DNA from: an uncultured Acidimicrobiales bacterium
GTDB lineage: Bacteria > Actinomycetota > Acidimicrobiia > Acidimicrobiales > UBA10347
Length of the DNA stretch: 64,000 bases
NCBI GenBank assembly: GCA_937991435.1
Contig: CALKPY010000002.1
Location: forward strand, 9,840 to 73,839
Reading direction: 5' to 3'
Part shown: positions 43,151-53,458 of the stretch, in pieces
Position numbering within the stretch: position 1 is the first letter of the stretch
How the letters are laid out: every line of letters begins with the position of its first letter
Translations under genes and position numbers: made by a program
Notes under the pieces: model-generated
Database searches by the model: none
What the model saw: the letters and a program-made list of their open reading frames with translations, nothing else
What the model was told of the DNA's origin: nothing

Positions 43151-44302
43151 ATGCCTACCCGCAGCGGTTTCGCCGCAGCGTTGATGGGCGTCTTGCTGAT
43201 CATTGCCGCAAAGGTGTTCGGCATCTTCGAGCTCTACATCGTCGCAGTGGCGATTCTCGTCCTCGTTGTGGCCGCAGTGTTGTGGGTCGTGCTCAATTGG
43301 CGATCTATCCAGGTCACCCGCACGGTGATGCCGCCGCGGCTACATGTCGGCCAATCGAGCGCGGTCACGCTTGACCTACACAATCGCCGATGGCTTGCCA
43401 CACCGGTTGCTCACATCACCGATTCCGTCGCTGGCTCGATCCGCGCCGATGCACATATTCCCCCAATGCGACGAGGCACGCCGACAAAGGCCGGCTATCG
43501 CCTGACTCCGGACCGGCGCGGACGTATCGACATTGGACCTATGAAGACGCACGTCACTGATGCGTTCGGACTCGCCAGGGTCACTCGCACAAGCGCCCCC
43601 GATGCATCGTTGCTCGTGCTCCCCAGAATCGATGTCGTGGCTCCCCCGCAGCTGCCAGGCGGACAAATGAATCCGCAACCGGATCGGCGTGCTGGACGCG
43701 TCGGCAACCAAGGCGAAGAGTTCTCGGCGCTGCGCGAATACTCGATTGGCGACGATCTTCGTAAAGTGCACTGGCCGAGCACCGCTCGTAGCGGCGAACT
43801 CGTTGTCCGCACCGAAGAGGTGCCCGAGCACGGGCGCTCCGCGATCGTGCTCGACACCCGCGCACACGTCGCCGACGAGATCACCTTCGAACGTATGGTC
43901 TCCGCCGCAGCGAGTCTCGTTGTCGCCTGCAGAGACCGAGACGACGAGGTATCGCTCGCGTTCACCGATGGGCAACGATTCGATGCCGTGGCACCCCACG
44001 ACTTCGCAGCAATTCTCGATCGGCTCGCCACCGTGGTGCAGACACCAGAGCGAGACATCAGTCTTGGCGGGCGGCAGTCCTCAGGCGCATCGACCTCGGT
44101 GCTCCTGGGCGGCGATGACGCTGGCCCCCTAATGCGTTCTGCGGGTGCAGGAGCGACAACAGCTGTTCTGTTTGGGGATCAAATCTCCCAAGAATCACAC
44201 ACCAGACGCCGATCTCACAGGATCCTTCCCGTACCGCTTGAGTCGACCTTCGCAATGGAATGGAACCGGGCGAACGGACGGCGGGCTAACAGTCGGCGAT
44301 AA
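43151..44302 (+). CDS. DUF58-domain protein (MoxR partner, vWA-like)
   Basis: Two N-terminal TM helices and the DUF58 core FSALREYSIGDDLRKVHWPSTARSGELVVRTEE. Confidence 0.85.
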   Translation: MPTRSGFAAALMGVLLIIAAKVFGIFELYIVAVAILVLVVAAVLWVVLNWRSIQVTRTVMPPRLHVGQSSAVTLDLHNRRWLATPVAHITDSVAGSIRADAHIPPMRRGTPTKAGYRLTPDRRGRIDIGPMKTHVTDAFGLARVTRTSAPDASLLVLPRIDVVAPPQLPGGQMNPQPDRRAGRVGNQGEEFSALREYSIGDDLRKVHWPSTARSGELVVRTEEVPEHGRSAIVLDTRAHVADEITFERMVSAAASLVVACRDRDDEVSLAFTDGQRFDAVAPHDFAAILDRLATVVQTPERDISLGGRQSSGASTSVLLGGDDAGPLMRSAGAGATTAVLFGDQISQESHTRRRSHRILPVPLESTFAMEWNRANGRRANSRR

Positions 44303-44372
44303 TGACCGTTTTGATGGTGTGGATCAACCGACTTCGGTCAACAGCGGCGCAGACACGAGGCGGTCGGCCCCT

Positions 44373-46799
44373 ATGGCACCCGCCCCGGGAAGCAGCGTTA
44401 TGAACAACTCACGACTTGCCTGGACCTGGATCCCCGCGGAGCTTCTCCTCGTCGCTACAACCGTCGCCGGGGTTCTCATGCTCGAGCGAGTCTTCGCCGA
44501 CGATGCCTACCTCAGTCCACTTCTTTTCGGTGTTGTGATTACCCACGGCATCTTGATCGCCTTGCGCTGGTTCGGGTTCAGCGCTGCGGTGGCGGCAGCC
44601 GGCTCGCTCGTCGGAACAGCTGTCACGCTCGTCGCTGTTCACTACTCAAACTCCGCGTTCGCGGCGGTCGTGCCAAGCGGCGCCACGATCGACCAAATCC
44701 GAATCGACCTTACGGCTGCTCGCGATGTGTTTGAAACGATCAAAGCACCAGTCCCATCGGTGACCGGGTTTCTGGTGTTTGCCGCGCTTGCGTTTTGGGT
44801 GGCGGCCGTTATTGCTGATTGGTCTGCCTTCCGCCTGAAAGCTCCGGGGCAAGCGTTGTTGCCCATGCTCGCGTTGTTGGTGTTCGTCTCGTTGCTCGGC
44901 GTCGACGATCGACGAATTGCCACGACGTCAACCTTGGTGATCTGCGGTGTGTTGTTCGTGTTGGCCTGTCGCTCCGCTCAACGAGCATCAACCGGTACCT
45001 GGCTCGGCAGAGGCTCCGCTCAGGGCTACAACGCGCTCATGGCAACCGGGGCGTTGGTCGCGATTTTGGCGATCGTTGGCGGAGTCGCCGGCGGCCCCCT
45101 CGTACCCGGAGCGGACGAAGCCCCCCTCGTCGAGATAGGCGAAAACTCTCAAGAGGACACCAAGCCACTCGAAGTGATCAGCCCTTTGGTACAGATCCAG
45201 CCGCGACTCCTCAATCAGTCTGACCGTGTGATGTTTACGGTTGACACCGATCAGCCGCAGTATTGGCGAATCGCGGTTCTTGACTATTTCGATGGGTTCT
45301 TATGGCGGTCAAACGGCAGCTACGAACCTGCTCGCGGCGAACTTCCTGCAGCGTACGAATCGCAGGGCCCGTCGAATATCTCCACACAGACGTTCAACGT
45401 CTCTGCCCTTAACGCCATCTGGGCTCCCGCTGCGTACCGCCCCGTGGCGTTCAACAACATGACGTCGATCGGCGTTGGCTACGAAGCCGAGAGCGCCACA
45501 CTCATTGTTGACGTCGATGATCAAGAGGTGTCCGACGGTCTTCGCTACGAGGTCACATCTGAAATTCCGTCGTTTACGCCTGAGTTACTCATCGAGCTTC
45601 CGAAATCAAACGACGACAATCTCGACGACCGATACCTGCAAATGCCCGACGATTTCAGTCCTGAGGCAGCAGCGATCGCTGCGGAGCTAACAGCCGGAAT
45701 CGAGGAACCGTATCTTCAAGCACTCACCCTGCAGAACTGGTTCCACGAGAACTTCGTGTACGACATTGATGTCGCCGATGGTCACAATATCGAGCGGATC
45801 GAAGATTTTCTCGAGGTGCGGCGCGGGTACTGCGAACAATTCGCGACCACGTACACCGCAATGGCACGATCCATAGGTTTGCCAGCCCGCGTCGCTCAAG
45901 GCTTCACCATGGGCGACCTCGACCCGACGACACCGGGCCGCTACATCGTTCGAGGCAAGCACGCTCACACGTGGCCCGAGGTATACATCGACGGCGCCGG
46001 CTGGGTGGCATTTGAACCAACCCCCGGCCGCGGAGCGCCAAACGCAAGTCAGTACACAGGAATCGCCGAAGCCCAGGACTCGGCTCCTGTCGAGCAGCAG
46101 TCGCCCGAACAAGAATCATCCAACCCGAACGACCAGGCGGCTGCCGAGCAGCAAGAGGCGGGCGCCCCAGACGCAGAACCGACGCCTACCCCCGAAGAAT
46201 CGCAGGCAGAAGGCGACGAAGACACCCAAGAGGCCGTTGGTCAACCGTCGAGCTTTCCGTGGCGAATTCTCGTCTTTGCTTTGGTTCTCATCGCCGCAGC
46301 GATCGCCTGGGTGTTTGGCATACCTGCGCTGAAACGCCGTCAGGTCGCGGGTCGTCGCGATCGCTTGGGAGATGCAAACCGCCGGCGGATCGCGCTTGCG
46401 TGGGCCGAAACCGTCGACATTCTTGAACATCGTGGACTCGGTCCGGCCACGCCCGAGACGCTGCTCGAATACGCGGCTCGAGTCGAGAACACCGCTCGGC
46501 TTCCGCAGGGCTCGTTCATGGCATTGACCACAGCGGCCGTTGACTCCGCATATCGCAGCAACGAGCCGAGCAGTTCTCAGGCCGAAGACGCAGAGCGACA
46601 AGCCAACGCGATTCAAGCCCACCTCATCGACGGCCAACCGTGGGTCAACCGGCAGGCCGAGATACTCGACCCACGACCTCTCCTTCGTGGTTCCGACACC
46701 ATTGTTGGACGAGCTCGCGAGCTGGCCGACGGAGCGGTGTCAGCCAACGAGGTCAGGTCAGCGTCGCAGACCGCGGATCGCGCTGGCCAGGTCCCCTAA
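44373..46799 (+). CDS. Transglutaminase-like polytopic membrane protein
   Basis: Six or more TM helices followed by the transglutaminase core RRGYCEQFATTYTAMARSIG...GKHAHTWPEVYIDGAGWVAFEPTP (Cys-His-Asp/Glu). Start uncertain: ATG 44373 chosen; the ORF is open from 44145. Confidence 0.85.
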   Translation: MAPAPGSSVMNNSRLAWTWIPAELLLVATTVAGVLMLERVFADDAYLSPLLFGVVITHGILIALRWFGFSAAVAAAGSLVGTAVTLVAVHYSNSAFAAVVPSGATIDQIRIDLTAARDVFETIKAPVPSVTGFLVFAALAFWVAAVIADWSAFRLKAPGQALLPMLALLVFVSLLGVDDRRIATTSTLVICGVLFVLACRSAQRASTGTWLGRGSAQGYNALMATGALVAILAIVGGVAGGPLVPGADEAPLVEIGENSQEDTKPLEVISPLVQIQPRLLNQSDRVMFTVDTDQPQYWRIAVLDYFDGFLWRSNGSYEPARGELPAAYESQGPSNISTQTFNVSALNAIWAPAAYRPVAFNNMTSIGVGYEAESATLIVDVDDQEVSDGLRYEVTSEIPSFTPELLIELPKSNDDNLDDRYLQMPDDFSPEAAAIAAELTAGIEEPYLQALTLQNWFHENFVYDIDVADGHNIERIEDFLEVRRGYCEQFATTYTAMARSIGLPARVAQGFTMGDLDPTTPGRYIVRGKHAHTWPEVYIDGAGWVAFEPTPGRGAPNASQYTGIAEAQDSAPVEQQSPEQESSNPNDQAAAEQQEAGAPDAEPTPTPEESQAEGDEDTQEAVGQPSSFPWRILVFALVLIAAAIAWVFGIPALKRRQVAGRRDRLGDANRRRIALAWAETVDILEHRGLGPATPETLLEYAARVENTARLPQGSFMALTTAAVDSAYRSNEPSSSQAEDAERQANAIQAHLIDGQPWVNRQAEILDPRPLLRGSDTIVGRARELADGAVSANEVRSASQTADRAGQVP

Positions 46800-46801
46800 G
46801 G

Positions 46802-47776
46802 GTGACCGAGCCCAGCCAGTTCGCGATCGATTGGAGCGACATAACCGCCGCAGCGGAACGCATCTCGTCGTTGATTGAAAACACACCGGTGATGCGCAGT
46901 GACGCCATCGACGCACTCGTCGGGTGCCGGGTGGTGTTCAAGTGTGAGCATCTGCAACGCACAGGTTCGTTTAAGTTCCGTGGAGCCTGCAATGCGATTG
47001 CGTCGCTGTCGAGCATTCAGCTCCAATCTGGAGTTGTGACATGGTCATCGGGTAACCATGCTCAGGCCATCGCCACCGCAGCCATGATGCTGGGTACATC
47101 AGCGGTGATCGTGATGCCAACCGACGCACCCAAGATCAAACTTGCGGCAACGAAGAGCGCAGGGGCCCGGGTGATCCTGTACGACCGGTATGCAGACGAT
47201 CGCGAAGCGATCGGCGCCAAAATTGCAGCGACCGAGTCTCGGGTGATCGTTCCGCCCTATGACCATCGACACGTAATCGCTGGGCAAGGAACTGTTGGTG
47301 CCGAATTGTTCCGCACGAACAGCAACCTCGACTTTTGCTATGTGTGCGTCGGAGGTGGCGGACTTCTCGCAGGTACCTCAACTGCTGCCGCCGCTCTCTC
47401 GCCCGGCACCAAAATGGTCGGTGTTGAGCCAGAAGCCGGCGACGACCACAGACGGTCGCGCGAGGCGGGGTTTCGAGTTCGAGTACCGGTGCCAAAGACA
47501 ATCGCTGACGGACAGCAAACGGTCATGCCAGGCGAACTGACATGGCCGATCAACGACGCTCGCGTCTATGAGTTCAAATCAGTGTCCGACGCGGAGATCG
47601 TGACGGCACTTCGCGTGCTGCATCGCGAACTGGGTTTGACGGTAGAACCAAGCGGCGCCAGCGCATTCGCTTCGGTCATTGCTGATCCTCCACCTCGTGG
47701 AAGCTCAGTCGGTGTCACGCTCTCTGGCGGCAATGTTGACCCAGGTTGGTTCACGACTCACGTCGCAAACCACTAG
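46802..47776 (+). CDS. PLP-dependent serine/threonine dehydratase-family enzyme (no ACT domain)
   Basis: PLP-lysine motif CEHLQRTGSFKFRGACNA, GNHAQA, and glycine loop VCVGGGGLLAG. GTG 46802 lies directly after the upstream stop. Confidence 0.8.
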   Translation: MTEPSQFAIDWSDITAAAERISSLIENTPVMRSDAIDALVGCRVVFKCEHLQRTGSFKFRGACNAIASLSSIQLQSGVVTWSSGNHAQAIATAAMMLGTSAVIVMPTDAPKIKLAATKSAGARVILYDRYADDREAIGAKIAATESRVIVPPYDHRHVIAGQGTVGAELFRTNSNLDFCYVCVGGGGLLAGTSTAAAALSPGTKMVGVEPEAGDDHRRSREAGFRVRVPVPKTIADGQQTVMPGELTWPINDARVYEFKSVSDAEIVTALRVLHRELGLTVEPSGASAFASVIADPPPRGSSVGVTLSGGNVDPGWFTTHVANH

Positions 47777-47785
47777 CTGCCCCAT

Positions 47786-48169
47786 TCAGACTTCGTCGTT
47801 TTTGAGACGGTCGCGAAGCTTTTGTGCGGGGTCGTTGAACGCCGTACGCAACGTGGTCGTGCGAAGGGACTGCGCAAGCTGGTCGACGCCAACCTTGCCA
47901 AGCCGTCGTGCGTTCTGTTCGAAGATCAGGGCAGCGCCGAGCATCACGAGGAAGCCGACAAACGCAAACCAGTAGCTGGCAGAAAGCGTCACGATCATCA
48001 CAATCAGACCGATCACAAAACCAACGATCGCCCAGCGCACTCGGCGAAGGCCAGCGGTGTAAACCGTGGTTGAGGCAACCTCTTTGGCGAGGCTTGGGTC
48101 AGTCTCGTAGAGCTTGGCCTCGATCTCGCTGAGAATTCGCTGCTCATTTTCTGAAAGCGGCACAGGCAT
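47786..48169 (-). CDS. DUF3040-family membrane protein
   Basis: MPVPLSENEQRILSEIEAKLYETDPSLAKEV N-terminus followed by two TM helices. Start trimmed to ATG 48169. Confidence 0.8.
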   Translation of the reverse strand: MPVPLSENEQRILSEIEAKLYETDPSLAKEVASTTVYTAGLRRVRWAIVGFVIGLIVMIVTLSASYWFAFVGFLVMLGAALIFEQNARRLGKVGVDQLAQSLRTTTLRTAFNDPAQKLRDRLKNDEV

Positions 48170-48255
48170 ATCTTCCCACAGCTGGAGCCCGGCGACAACG
48201 CGTCTCGACGAAAAGACCAAACATCTACCCAATGACAGACACGTCGCTGGCGGTG

Positions 48256-49542
48256 TCAGCCCCAAGGGCGCTCGTTGCGGGTACGGGTGTCAAGGCCGTC
48301 GCCCGGCTTGATGAGCGATGCGGGGCCAATGGCGCCGACGCCGAAACGCTGCCTTATAGCGTCGATCGCCAGTTCGGCATCGCGTCGATCGGTCTCGCCC
48401 GGCCCGGCACCAGAATTGCCGACATCGTCAAGGGTTAGTTGTTGTGGCTGTGGTTCTACGAGCCCGACGACACCGACACCGAGCAGCCGCACGCCGCCTG
48501 AGATGTCGATCTGGTCCAGCAAAATGCACACTTGACGATGCAGCGCTGCGGCGGAGTCGCTTGCCGTTTCGAACGTGAAGTTGCGGCTCAATGTGCGAAA
48601 GTCACCAAAACGGATCTTGAGTGTGACGGTTCTGGCCTGCAGCTGTGAGCGGCGCAAGCGGCCCGCCACCGCGTCACACAGGCGCAGCAGTTCAACCCGC
48701 AGTTCGTCAATGTCGCGCTTGTCGAACTGAAAGGTTTCTTCTTGACTGATGGACTTGGCTTGGCGTATCGGTTGCACGGGGCGCCCGTCACGGGCGTGAG
48801 AGAGTTCGTGCAGGTGATGGCCCATAGATCGTCCGAGCGCCGAAACGAGTGTGTCTCGTGGCAATGCAGCAACATCAGCAACGGTCTCTACGCCGAGTCG
48901 TTCGAGTTTGGTCATCGTGGCCGGCCCCACGCCCCAAAGGGCGCGAGCAGGCAAGGGGTGTAGGAATGCAATCTCATCGCCGGGAGCGACCACATGAACC
49001 CCGGCACCCATCACGGGACCGGTTTTCGACGCTTGCGGTTTCGCTGTTTCTGACGCGAGCTTGGCAAGGAATTTCGAACGAGCAACACCTGCGGAAGCCC
49101 AAAGGCCAGTGTCGTCATAGATCTCTGTGCGAATTCGAGCTGCAATTTCAGCACCGCTGCCAAAGAGCCTTCGCCCGGCGGTGACATCGAGAAATGCCTC
49201 GTCGAGCGAAAGCGGTTCGATGAGCGGGGTGTACTTGCGCATCGCCGCCATGACCTGCTCGCTTATCTGGTGGTAGTACGAGTGATCTCCCGGCAAGAAA
49301 ACGGCTTGCGGGCAGCGCCGTTTCGCTTCGCTCGACGGCATGGCGGATCGCACCCCGAACCAACGAGCCTCGTAGCTTGCAGCGGCTATCACGCCGCGGC
49401 GGCCGCTTCCGCCGACGACAACTGGTTGGCCGCGCAGCTCGGGATGACGAAGCAGCTCAGCTGCAGCAAAAAAGGCGTCCATGTCCACGTGAACGATGGT
49501 TCGCAGGCGTTCGTCTCGGCGACTCGTGGCTTGGCGACTCAA
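48256..49542 (-). CDS. dinB: DNA polymerase IV (Y-family)
   Basis: IVHVDMDAFFAAAE, SLDEAFLDVT, and the little-finger region. 428 aa; ATGA overlap with the upstream NUDIX gene. Confidence 0.93.
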   Translation of the reverse strand: MSRQATSRRDERLRTIVHVDMDAFFAAAELLRHPELRGQPVVVGGSGRRGVIAAASYEARWFGVRSAMPSSEAKRRCPQAVFLPGDHSYYHQISEQVMAAMRKYTPLIEPLSLDEAFLDVTAGRRLFGSGAEIAARIRTEIYDDTGLWASAGVARSKFLAKLASETAKPQASKTGPVMGAGVHVVAPGDEIAFLHPLPARALWGVGPATMTKLERLGVETVADVAALPRDTLVSALGRSMGHHLHELSHARDGRPVQPIRQAKSISQEETFQFDKRDIDELRVELLRLCDAVAGRLRRSQLQARTVTLKIRFGDFRTLSRNFTFETASDSAAALHRQVCILLDQIDISGGVRLLGVGVVGLVEPQPQQLTLDDVGNSGAGPGETDRRDAELAIDAIRQRFGVGAIGPASLIKPGDGLDTRTRNERPWG

Positions 49543-50099
49543 GGCAACGGCGGCCGTTCGAGCACATCAATAGTGGGATTCCGCAGATCGCCAGTCACGG
49601 TGAAGCGCCATCGATCAGGTGGAAGCACAAGGGCCACCGAAGGATCCGGCTGTGACCGTCGACGCGTCAGTTCAGCCATCAATGGCTCGCCGACCCAACG
49701 GGGGCTCTGCTCGATTAGGGGTCCCCAGGCATCGGCCATAGCGAATCGGCCGTCGACGACAACATCGTCGGGGTCATCGACACGTAAGGTGCCAGACCAC
49801 TGCTCGGCTTGAAAGATTTGCGCGTCGAGCGTCATCTCACGGTCGGGAAAGTCGACGAGCACCTGGTAGATGCACGACGACCATTGGTGCACAACAAGGC
49901 TGGTTTCTTCGACTACTTCACGGCTCAACGCCTCGAGTACTTCTTCGCCCTCATCGACGATGCCTCCGGGAGTGCTCCAGTCAAGCGAGCCGTTCCGGCG
50001 CCGATTCTGCACAAACAGCAGGGAGCTGGCGTCGAACACCAATCCGCTTGCTACCCGATACGACTTCACGGCTCCCAGTATCGCCGACTCTTGACTCAT
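49539..50099 (-). CDS. NUDIX hydrolase
   Basis: Nudix box GGIVDEGEEVLEALSREVVEETSL (GX5EX7REUXEEXGU). Confidence 0.85.
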   Translation of the reverse strand: MSQESAILGAVKSYRVASGLVFDASSLLFVQNRRRNGSLDWSTPGGIVDEGEEVLEALSREVVEETSLVVHQWSSCIYQVLVDFPDREMTLDAQIFQAEQWSGTLRVDDPDDVVVDGRFAMADAWGPLIEQSPRWVGEPLMAELTRRRSQPDPSVALVLPPDRWRFTVTGDLRNPTIDVLERPPLP

Positions 50100-50141
50100 G
50101 GTGTCGAGACGGCCGAAAGCTGCGGCTCATACACTCGCCTC

Positions 50142-50447
50142 ATGGCTGGTGCCCCCAAAGATCTCACGACGCCGATTCCGTCGGCATTACCGAGCAAACG
50201 CGCTCGCCTCCTGGCGGTTTTTGCGATCGTGGTTGCGGGGGTGTGCGGCATCTTGATCGGGTACAGATTCGGCGAGTTGATGTGTACCGGAGACTGCACC
50301 ATGTGGCGTGGAATTGGCGTGATCGTGGGTGCACTGATGGCTGCGGGTGGCGTGGCAATCGTCGCCGTATTGACCTTGCGGGCAATGGATGAGTGGCAGA
50401 CCACAAGCGATCGTAAACGTAACCAGATGACCGCTGATCGTCCGTGA
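50142..50447 (+). CDS. Small membrane protein (101 aa), unknown function
   Basis: Two TM helices (LLAVFAIVVAGVCGILIGY; GIGVIVGALMAAGGVAIVAVL). The upstream part of the 49809 ORF is antisense to the NUDIX gene and was discarded. Confidence 0.45.
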   Translation: MAGAPKDLTTPIPSALPSKRARLLAVFAIVVAGVCGILIGYRFGELMCTGDCTMWRGIGVIVGALMAAGGVAIVAVLTLRAMDEWQTTSDRKRNQMTADRP

Positions 50448-51250
50448 GCGACGCCGGTTCAAGGCTCGCTTCCGAACTCACCCGCCTTGCGCTCGACGTC
50501 GGCCGCGAGGCCGCCGCGATGGTGCTCGGGCGACTCGGGGAACGTGTCGATGTGGCAACCAAGTCCTCAGCAGACGATCTTGTCACCGAGGTAGACAAGG
50601 CCTCAGAATCTCTGATCACCGAACTCCTCCTCGCGAAACGTCCTAACGACGGGGTCCTCGGCGAAGAAGGCACTGGCATCATCGGTACAAGCAACGTTGA
50701 GTGGGTGATCGACCCGATCGACGGCACCACAAGCTGGGTCTACGGGCTGCCCGGATTCTGCGTTTCCATTGCTGCGCGCGCCGGCGGACAGGTCGTCAGC
50801 GGTGTAGTGCTAGCCCCGGCGTCAGCGAACGAGTACACAGCGGTTCGCAACACCGGAAGCACCCATAACAGCCGCACTGCTTCAAGCAGCCCAATTACCG
50901 ATCTCGCCCGTTCTCTCGTCGCCACCGGGTTCTCGTCGAACAACGCTCGTAGCGTGCGTCAAGGTGCAGTCTTTGCACAGGTGATCGGTCATGTTCGCGA
51001 CCTGCGGCGTATGGGATCTGCTGCGCTCGACCTCGCAGCTGTCGGCACTGGTCAGCTCGACGCCTACTACGAAGTCGGCATCAACCCCTGGGACTATGAA
51101 GCAGGCCTACTCATCGCTGCCGAAGCGGGTGCCGAGACGATTGTCGAACTCGACGACGTGACAGGCACAGCGTTTGTCGCTGCGGCTGCGCCCGGTATTG
51201 CCTCCGACTTCTTTGCGTTGCTTGAACGCACCAATGCCCGACAGGCCTGA
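50444..51250 (+). CDS. Inositol monophosphatase-family phosphatase (SuhB/ImpA/HisN-like)
   Basis: EEG...WVIDPIDGTTSWVYG and the WDYEAG motif. The subfamily cannot be assigned by eye. Confidence 0.85.
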   Translation: MSDAGSRLASELTRLALDVGREAAAMVLGRLGERVDVATKSSADDLVTEVDKASESLITELLLAKRPNDGVLGEEGTGIIGTSNVEWVIDPIDGTTSWVYGLPGFCVSIAARAGGQVVSGVVLAPASANEYTAVRNTGSTHNSRTASSSPITDLARSLVATGFSSNNARSVRQGAVFAQVIGHVRDLRRMGSAALDLAAVGTGQLDAYYEVGINPWDYEAGLLIAAEAGAETIVELDDVTGTAFVAAAAPGIASDFFALLERTNARQA

Positions 51251-51357
51251 ACGGTTCTGACCGCTCTCGAGCGATTCGCTGCCACCCACACCACGCGATT
51301 TCTGAAGTTTCGACGCAATGCCAAGCTTTTGGTGTGCCGGTCAGGCACGATTGAGGT

Positions 51358-52041
51358 GTGGAAACACGTGTCCTTACCGTCGAAGACGATGATTCAATTC
51401 GCACCGTGGTCAAGCTCGCGCTTGAAGACGAAGGATGGGGCGTAGTCGAAGCCGACAATGGCGAGGTGGCTCTTGAGCTGTTTCGCTCCCAAGGCGCCGA
51501 CGTTGTCCTGATCGACATCATGTTGCCCGGTATGAACGGCTTCGAAGTGTGCCGGTCGATCCGCCGCACGACCGACGTACCGATCATCATGGTCACGGCT
51601 CGCAGCGACACGCACGATGTCGTCGCTGGTCTCGAAGCCGGTGCCGACGACTATCTCACGAAGCCGTTCGAGCCCAAGGAACTCAGCGCCCGAATTCGCG
51701 CGCTTCTGCGCCGATCGCGCACAACCGCCGACGAGTCGGATCAGCAGATGATCTTCGGTGACCTCGACATCAGGCCCGACGAAGCAGTCGTGCTGCTGCG
51801 GGGCGAACCGGTTCCGTTGACGAAGACCGAATTCAATCTTCTCGTCGAACTGGCGACCGAGCCCGGCAAAGTCTTTAGCCGTGAGACACTGCTCGAAAAA
51901 GTCTGGGGTTACGACTATTTCGGCGATGGGCGCCTCGTCGATGTGCATGTACGACGACTTCGCACAAAGATCGAACCCGATCCTGCTGATCCGCGATATG
52001 TCGTGACGGTGCGCGGCCTCGGTTACAAGCTCGTCCCGTAG
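51358..52041 (+). CDS. mtrA: OmpR-family response regulator, MtrA-like
   Basis: Receiver domain (VLTVEDDDSI, VLIDIMLPGMNG, DDYLTKPF) plus winged-helix output. Followed by a kinase and an LpqB-like lipoprotein, as in the actinobacterial mtrAB-lpqB operon. Confidence 0.85.
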   Translation: METRVLTVEDDDSIRTVVKLALEDEGWGVVEADNGEVALELFRSQGADVVLIDIMLPGMNGFEVCRSIRRTTDVPIIMVTARSDTHDVVAGLEAGADDYLTKPFEPKELSARIRALLRRSRTTADESDQQMIFGDLDIRPDEAVVLLRGEPVPLTKTEFNLLVELATEPGKVFSRETLLEKVWGYDYFGDGRLVDVHVRRLRTKIEPDPADPRYVVTVRGLGYKLVP

Positions 52042-52051
52042 CGGACCTTCG

Positions 52052-53458
52052 TTGTTGCGCCGTTTTGGTCTACGCAGCCGGGTTATCACCGCGTTCGGTG
52101 TCGGAGCCCTCATGCTTTCGATCTTGTTGTCGGTCGTCGCCTATTCGCTGACGCGTTCCAATCTCGTAGAGCAACGTCAAGACGTCGTCTTTGAAAATGC
52201 TCGAACAAATGCGTTTCAGCTCGACAACCGGCTCTTGACTGCTTCAGTTTCACCAACCGAGTACGCGCCGCTACTCGAACAACTGTTGGTGCTCGAGGGG
52301 TTCCAACTCGGCCTTTTCGCTAACGGGGTCTATAGCTTCGTCGATCCCATTCGGTTCAGCTCCGATGATTTGCATCCGGCCTTTCAAGCGGCCGTCGAGC
52401 GGGGCGAAGCGGTCGACATGAACTTCAAATCTGGCGAAGAATCGTTTTACGCCGTCGCCATTCCAATGAAGAAGTCTGAAGTTACGGCGACGTACATCGA
52501 GGCCGCGTCACTCGACGATCTGGCTCGGACTTTCAACACCTTGCTGTTGACGCTTCTCGGTGCGTCGGCGGTAACGACAGTGCTCGGTCTCGGATTCGGG
52601 GTGTACACCGCGAATCGCTTGTTCTCGCCGCTTGGCGACATCAGCGAGGCCGCTTCGTCGATCACCGAAGGCGACCTGTCGACCCGGCTTAGAGAAACCT
52701 CTGACCCCGACCTGCAGGGTCTTATTCATTCGTTTAACGAGATGACAAGTGCGCTCGAAACCCGAGTACAACGAGATGCCCGGTTCGCGAGCGACGTCAG
52801 CCACGAACTGCGCTCGCCGTTGATGACGCTCACAGGGTCGGTCGCAGTGCTTGAACGGCGCCGCGACGAACTTCCGGAGCGATCTCAGGTTGCGCTCGAT
52901 CTGTTATCAACCGACATTCGGCGATTTAAGTTACTCGTCGAGGACCTTCTCGAAATAAGTCGCTTTGATATCGGAGCCGTTCAGCTCCAGCACGAAGAGG
53001 TGCTTTTCACCGAGTTTGTTCGCCAGGCGATTCTCGTCGCGACTACCGGCGAAGGCGAGGTCACCTTCGTGCACGACAGCGACGTCACCGACGTGATCAT
53101 CGCCATCGACAAGCGCCGCGTCGCTCAGGTCATTCGCAACCTGAGCGAGAACGCCGACAAGTACGCAGGCGGTGTCACCCAGATCCGATTGTCTGTAATC
53201 GACGGCGATGGCGTACAGATCGACCTCGAAGACGAGGGTCCGGGCGTGCCTCGTGACGAGCGAGAACTCGTCTTTGACCGATTCGCACGAGGAAGCGAGG
53301 GAGGCCGCCGCGGGTCAGGCAGCGGTGTCGGTCTGGGCTTGTCGCTGGTTCGTGAACATCTCGCGCTCCATGGCGGCACGGTGCTCGTCACCGACCGGGT
53401 CGACCAGAACCCCGGTGCCCGTTTCGTTGTTCGACTTCCGGGCGTGGTCGCCGAATGA
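52052..53458 (+). CDS. mtrB: Sensor histidine kinase, MtrB-like
   Basis: Two TM helices, HAMP, H-box FASDVSHELRSPL, and N/G boxes (NLSENADKYAG, GSGVGLGLSLV). Confidence 0.85.
   Translation: MLRRFGLRSRVITAFGVGALMLSILLSVVAYSLTRSNLVEQRQDVVFENARTNAFQLDNRLLTASVSPTEYAPLLEQLLVLEGFQLGLFANGVYSFVDPIRFSSDDLHPAFQAAVERGEAVDMNFKSGEESFYAVAIPMKKSEVTATYIEAASLDDLARTFNTLLLTLLGASAVTTVLGLGFGVYTANRLFSPLGDISEAASSITEGDLSTRLRETSDPDLQGLIHSFNEMTSALETRVQRDARFASDVSHELRSPLMTLTGSVAVLERRRDELPERSQVALDLLSTDIRRFKLLVEDLLEISRFDIGAVQLQHEEVLFTEFVRQAILVATTGEGEVTFVHDSDVTDVIIAIDKRRVAQVIRNLSENADKYAGGVTQIRLSVIDGDGVQIDLEDEGPGVPRDERELVFDRFARGSEGGRRGSGSGVGLGLSLVREHLALHGGTVLVTDRVDQNPGARFVVRLPGVVAE

Noticed and set aside
50100-50141. SOS (LexA) box or RecA-independent damage promoter upstream of the NUDIX-dinB pair
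   Set aside because: No TCGAAC-N4-GTTCGA-like dyad or TGTCGGTG-N8-TANNNT motif is visible in the short upstream region.
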